Assembly: GCA_031459535.1 (NCBI GenBank)
Contig: JAVKIJ010000036.1
Span: 1 to 29,652, forward strand
Direction of reading: 5' to 3'
Length of the DNA: 29,652 bases
From: Candidatus Fervidifonticultor quintus
GTDB lineage: Bacteria; Sysuimicrobiota; Sysuimicrobiia; Sysuimicrobiales; Humicultoraceae
Below the pieces are notes generated by a model. That model worked only from the letters and a program-made list of their open reading frames with translations. It had not been told where the DNA came from and ran no database searches. Both the position numbers and the translations under genes were made by a program. Below, piece by piece: positions 26,028-29,652 of this stretch; positions within the stretch are counted from its first letter, which is position 1; every line of letters begins with the position of its first letter.

Positions 26028-27038
26028 ATGATCATTGAGGCGCGTGCCCCGACCCGCGTCGACCTGGCTGGCGGAACCCTCGACATCCATCCTCTCTACC
26101 TGCTCGAGGACGACGTCTGGACCGTGAACGCCGCCATCGACATTCCGGTGCGCGTGCGGCTCAGCCGCACCCGCGCCGGCTACACCGTCACCTCGAGGGA
26201 CCTGGGTCAACGGGTCCGTGCGCCGTCGCTGGATGCGCTGCCGCTTGGCGGTCCGATGGACATGGTCTGCCGCGCGCTGCGCCTGGCGGGGCCGCAGCCG
26301 GGCCTGAAGGTCGTCATGGAATCCTCCGCGCCACCTGGGTCCGGGCTCGGCGCGTCGTCGGCGCTGCTGGTGGCCTTGCTCGCGGCACTGGACCGCGTGC
26401 GGCGCCACAGGCGGTCGGCCGACGAGCTGGTGCACGCGGCGTGGCAACTGGAGGCGCAGTCGCTGCGGACGCTCACCGGGCGGCAAGACTACCTGGCGGC
26501 GGTGCGGGGTGGCATCAACGCCATCCGGTTCGGCATCGGCGGCGATCAGGTGGAGCCGCTAGGGGCGGGCCACAGCCTACCCCGCGGTTTGCAGGAGCGT
26601 CTGGTCCTGGCCTACACCGGTCAGCCCCACGCCTCGGGCCTGACCAATTGGGGCGTGGTGCGGGCCTATCTGGACGGGGTGCCCTCGACGGTGCGTCATC
26701 TGCGCAGCATCGCTGCGGTGGCGCGGCAGGTGCGCCAGGCCCTGCGCGACGGCGACCTGGACGCGCTTGGGCCGCTAATCGCCGAAGAGTGGGCGCACCG
26801 CCGCGAGCTGGCCCCCGGCGTGTCCGCGCCAGCCATCGAGCGGGCGATGGCTACCGCACGGCGGCACGGGGCGCGGTCGGGCAAGGCCTGCGGCGCTGGC
26901 GGGGGCGGCTGCGTGCTCTTCGTGGTTCGGCCGGGTACCAAGCGCACCTGCGAGCACGCGCTGCGTTCGTCGGGGTTCATGGTACTCCCGGTGCGGATCG
27001 CCCGACGGGGCCTGCGGGTGCGGGCGACAGGGGAGTGA
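26028..27038 (+). CDS. GHMP-family sugar kinase (HddA/fucokinase-like)
   Basis: RAPTRVDLAGGTLD, PPGSGLGASS, TGRQD, GKACGAGGGG. Confidence 0.88.
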   Translation: MIIEARAPTRVDLAGGTLDIHPLYLLEDDVWTVNAAIDIPVRVRLSRTRAGYTVTSRDLGQRVRAPSLDALPLGGPMDMVCRALRLAGPQPGLKVVMESSAPPGSGLGASSALLVALLAALDRVRRHRRSADELVHAAWQLEAQSLRTLTGRQDYLAAVRGGINAIRFGIGGDQVEPLGAGHSLPRGLQERLVLAYTGQPHASGLTNWGVVRAYLDGVPSTVRHLRSIAAVARQVRQALRDGDLDALGPLIAEEWAHRRELAPGVSAPAIERAMATARRHGARSGKACGAGGGGCVLFVVRPGTKRTCEHALRSSGFMVLPVRIARRGLRVRATGE

Positions 27039-27045
27039 GTCCGGC

Positions 27046-28182
27046 ATGCTCTTTGTTGCCGACCGCAACCTGCGACTGCTCTTCGGCTCGCTCCTGCTCT
27101 GGATGGTGGGAGTGGGCCTCTATGAAGGGCTGATCCCCATCTATGCCCGGCAGCTCGGCGCCTCGCCGGTACAGCTCGGCGGGCTCTTCACCCTGCGCAG
27201 CGTGGCGCTCGTGGCCGGCTTCATCATCGGCTGGATGGTGGCCGACCGGTTGAGCCGTCGCACGCTCATGCTGGCGTCCTGGTATCTGGGGCTACCGGTA
27301 CCGCTGATGCTGGCTGCGGCGCCGTCCTACATCTGGCTGCTGCCCGGCCTGCTGCTCTACGAGCTCACGTTCTTTGCGCTCCCGGCGGTGCACGCGTACG
27401 TCACGGAACGCGTGCAGGCGTCTGAGCTGGCGTCGGCCTTTGGCGCCATGGGAACCGTGACGTCCGTGGGCTTCCTCGTGTCGCCAGCAGTCGGCGGAAC
27501 CATCGCCGATTACTGGGGTATCCGTACTGCCCTTGTGGTCGCCTTCGCCCTGTTCTTGCTCTCCACCGTGCTCATCCTCAGGCTGGAGCAGAGCGGTCCG
27601 GGTGCGATGCCGGTGCAGACGACTGACCGTCTCTCCGTCCGTGATCTGGCACCGGTCGCACCGGCGCTGGCGGTCTACGTGGCCGCCAATTTCATGGTCG
27701 TGGTGACGGTGCCCTTCCTGCCACCGTTCCTGCGCGAGGCGCGCGGGCTGTCTCTCTCGGAAATCGGCGTGCTGGGCTCGCTGCAGGCCGTGGGCGCGGT
27801 GCTCTTGTCGCCGATCGCCGGGCGCCTCGGCGACCGGTGGGGCCGTGCTCACACCCTCATGGCCCAGACCGGGATCTGGATTGCGGGGATCGTCCTGACG
27901 GCGTACGCGCCGCGATCGTTCCTGCCGGCGGCCGCCGTGCTGCGCTGCCGCTCGCCCCTGGCGACGCTGACCCAGGCCATGGTGGGCGCATCGGCGGCCC
28001 CGGCAACTCTGGGGCGAGCGTTCGCGCTGGCGGGCATGCTGTCTGCGGGCCTGGCCGCTGCTGGCGCGTTCGTCGGCGGATATGCATATCGGGCCGACGC
28101 TGCCTACCCCCTGCTGCTCTCAGCTGGCACGGGCATCGCGATCATGGTCGCCCTCCTGCTCCCCCCGCTGCGCCGCCTGTGA
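27046..28182 (+). CDS. MFS transporter
   Basis: About 12 hydrophobic segments, GWMVADRLSRR and GRLGDRWGR motif-A copies. Confidence 0.88.
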   Translation: MLFVADRNLRLLFGSLLLWMVGVGLYEGLIPIYARQLGASPVQLGGLFTLRSVALVAGFIIGWMVADRLSRRTLMLASWYLGLPVPLMLAAAPSYIWLLPGLLLYELTFFALPAVHAYVTERVQASELASAFGAMGTVTSVGFLVSPAVGGTIADYWGIRTALVVAFALFLLSTVLILRLEQSGPGAMPVQTTDRLSVRDLAPVAPALAVYVAANFMVVVTVPFLPPFLREARGLSLSEIGVLGSLQAVGAVLLSPIAGRLGDRWGRAHTLMAQTGIWIAGIVLTAYAPRSFLPAAAVLRCRSPLATLTQAMVGASAAPATLGRAFALAGMLSAGLAAAGAFVGGYAYRADAAYPLLLSAGTGIAIMVALLLPPLRRL

Positions 28183-29306
28183 GCCTCGAGCAGGCGATTA
28201 AGGCGAAGGCCCGGGAGATCGGCTTCGATCTCGTGGGCATGACCACCGCCGACCCGCTTCCCGAGGCCGAGGCCGCGTACCACCGCTGGCTGGATGGCGG
28301 GATGCACGCGGGCATGGCCTACATGGCCGCGCACCGCGACCGGATCGGGGACCCGCGGAAGGTACGGCCGGAGGCGCGGTCTATCATCGCGGTGGCGATG
28401 CACTACTACGCCGGTGAACCGTCTCCACCCGACGGAGACGTGCGCGGGCGGATATCCAGGTATGCCTGGGGCGACGACTATCATCTGGTCATGGAGCGGC
28501 GGCTGCGGGATCTGGCAGCGTTCCTGACCCAGCGCGGCGCCCATCTGGCCCGCTACTATGTGGACACCGGTCCGCTGCCGGACCGTGCCATTGCCCAACG
28601 GGCCGGCCTGGGCTGGTGCGGCCGGCACTCGTGCCTGATCACCCGGGAGTTCGGGACCTGGGTGGTCCTGGGCGAGATCCTCACGGACCTGGCGCTGACC
28701 CCGGACGACCCCGCGTGGGGCGACTGCGGGCTGTGCACCTCCTGCTACGACGGCACCGAGGCTTGCCCGACGGGCGCCATCGTCGAGCCCGGTGTCGTGG
28801 ATGCCCGCAAGTGCATCTCGTACTGGACCATCGAGCACCGGGGATGGATTCCACGCCAGGTGCGGCCAACACTCGAGGATATGATCTTCGGCTGCGACCT
28901 CTGTCAGGAGGCGTGCCCGTTCAACCGGCGGGTGCGCCCCACGCAGCACCCCGAGTTTCAACCGCGACCCGAGATCGGCACGCGGCCACTGCTGCTGCCC
29001 CTCATGAACATCTCGGAGGCTGAGTTTGGGCGCCGCTTCCGACGCAGCGCCATCAAACGCGCCCGTCGCAGTGGTCTGCGCCGCAACGTCGCCATCGCGC
29101 TGGGGAATCTGGGCGACGCTCGGGCCGTTCCCGAGTTGGCGATCGCTCTGCGCGATCCCACCGATCCCGTGGTGCGGGGCCACGCAGGCTGGGCCCTGGG
29201 GCGCATTGGCGGCGCCGAGGCAACCGCGGCGCTCGAAGGTGCGCGGCGCGCCGAGTCCGATCCCCGGGTTTGTGAGGAGATCGCGACGGCACTCACCGAC
29301 GGGTAA
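28179..29306 (+). CDS. queG: Epoxyqueuosine reductase (cobalamin/Fe-S), with C-terminal HEAT repeats
   Basis: IGFDLVG, ISRYAWGDDYH, YVDTGP, AGLGW.G, CGLCTSC..CPTGAI, DARKCISYWTIE, GCDLCQEACPFN, LRRNVAIALGN; GTGA overlap. Confidence 0.93.
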   Translation: MSLEQAIKAKAREIGFDLVGMTTADPLPEAEAAYHRWLDGGMHAGMAYMAAHRDRIGDPRKVRPEARSIIAVAMHYYAGEPSPPDGDVRGRISRYAWGDDYHLVMERRLRDLAAFLTQRGAHLARYYVDTGPLPDRAIAQRAGLGWCGRHSCLITREFGTWVVLGEILTDLALTPDDPAWGDCGLCTSCYDGTEACPTGAIVEPGVVDARKCISYWTIEHRGWIPRQVRPTLEDMIFGCDLCQEACPFNRRVRPTQHPEFQPRPEIGTRPLLLPLMNISEAEFGRRFRRSAIKRARRSGLRRNVAIALGNLGDARAVPELAIALRDPTDPVVRGHAGWALGRIGGAEATAALEGARRAESDPRVCEEIATALTDG

Positions 29307-29391
29307 CCTACCGGTTCTGGGAGTGGCGGCGTCGCGCCACGGGCCCGCGGGAGGTGGGAGATGCCGGCGGGGTCCGCGAACTTGTCCCTCC

Positions 29392-29530
29392 GTGCGACGC
29401 GCGCCCAAATCGTTCCTCAGCAGCGCTCTGCGGCGGTGGCTTGGTCAGGCCGCGCGAGGACTGACGGCCGCGGCGGCCATCGTACTGGTCGGCACGTCAG
29501 CCGCCGCCACAGCGAGTCCTCCTGCGCTAG
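29392..29530 (+). pseudogene. 5' part of a probable secreted-protein gene interrupted by the IS
   Basis: GTG 29392: VRRAPKSFLSSALRRWLGQAARGLTAAAAIVLVGTSAAATASPPAL, signal-peptide-like, ending at CTAG; preceded by GGGA-N18-GAAC (29356-29381). Confidence 0.45.
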
Positions 29531-29558
29531 GAGCCTGTCCGAGAAATCGGTCTTGGAC

Positions 29559-29584
29559 AGGACTTTAGTGCGCTAAAGTCGAAT
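29559..29584 (+). promoter_or_regulatory. SigH-like promoter of the transposase with palindromic spacer
   Basis: AGGA-N18-GAAT; 29561-29580 is GACTTTAG-TGCG-CTAAAGTC; ATG follows 8 nt after GAAT. Confidence 0.6.
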
Positions 29585-29592
29585 CGTTGTCC

Positions 29593-29652
29593 ATGCCGAC
29601 CAAAGAGTACCGTCCCTACAGTCCGCATCAGCTCCTGATCCTCCCGCCCTCG
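29593..29652 (+). CDS. IS1182-family transposase, N-terminal 20 aa (partial)
   Basis: MPTKEYRPYSPHQLLILPPS matches the characteristic (F/Y)RPY.P.Q..LLPPS start of IS1182 transposases; missed by the ORF track. Confidence 0.8.
   Translation, partial: MPTKEYRPYSPHQLLILPPS

Larger units (their letters stand above)
29531..29652 (+). mobile_element. Left end of an IS1182-family insertion sequence (truncated by window end)
   Basis: CTAG 29527-29530, then IRL GAGCCTGTCCGAGAAAT (29531-29547), inverse to 80-96; transposase start downstream. Confidence 0.85.

Noticed and set aside
124-29408. Numerous long overlapping or antisense ORFs (e.g. 1814-3019, 11954-13258, 18140-19300, 28104-29408) and long 5' extensions (5249-7108, 11642, 13928, 16919-17935, 22965, 27837)
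   Set aside because: Typical high-GC shadow frames with no family motifs, overlapping well-supported genes
97-29530. Proven composite transposon or circular element
   Set aside because: Cargo includes housekeeping-type genes (tRNA, queG, pruA); CTAG on both sides is expected from target specificity; joining the ends only gives an antisense shadow ORF of fabG
29361-29576. 71-aa ORF with apparent SD (GGAGGTGGGAG-ATG)
   Set aside because: Low-complexity Arg/Ser product running into the IS; the purine run is better explained as the promoter motif for GTG 29392, though not excluded
1-29652. CRISPR array, rRNA, known riboswitch, prophage or intact defence system
   Set aside because: No regularly spaced repeats or recognisable motifs seen by eye; an Rfam/CRISPR/DefenseFinder scan would be needed to exclude them formally

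Overview
High-GC (roughly 70% by eye) bacterial segment, densely coding, bounded at both ends by partial copies of one IS1182-like element. The right end plus CTAG is at 1-100, and CTAG plus left end plus transposase start is at 29527-29652, so this is probably a contig broken at IS repeats. Contents in order: (1) a minus-strand run of amidohydrolase, Dpp/Opp-type ABC importer (SBP + 2 permeases) and P5C dehydrogenase, then a coupled SAM methyltransferase-FabG-like SDR pair; (2) tRNA-Ser(TGA); (3) a plus-strand run of Tat-exported peptide-type SBP, 2 permeases, two Gfo/Idh/MocA oxidoreductases and a DUF885 protein; (4) minus-strand D-2-hydroxyacid dehydrogenase and DUF4870 membrane protein; (5) a ~12 kb plus-strand cluster of LarE-like PP-loop/3-Cys protein, sugar ABC importer, secreted GH20, DUF4127, a frameshifted PIN/VapC remnant, an unknown NanE-like TIM barrel, an HddA-like GHMP kinase, MFS and queG; (6) a probable secreted-protein gene cut by the IS. 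Cluster (5) is the best candidate for an undescribed pathway (N-acetylhexosamine-glycan uptake and salvage). A recurring SigH-like promoter motif (AGGA-N17/18-GAAY) precedes most transcription units and the transposase. All family calls come from motifs recognised by eye; no searches were run.
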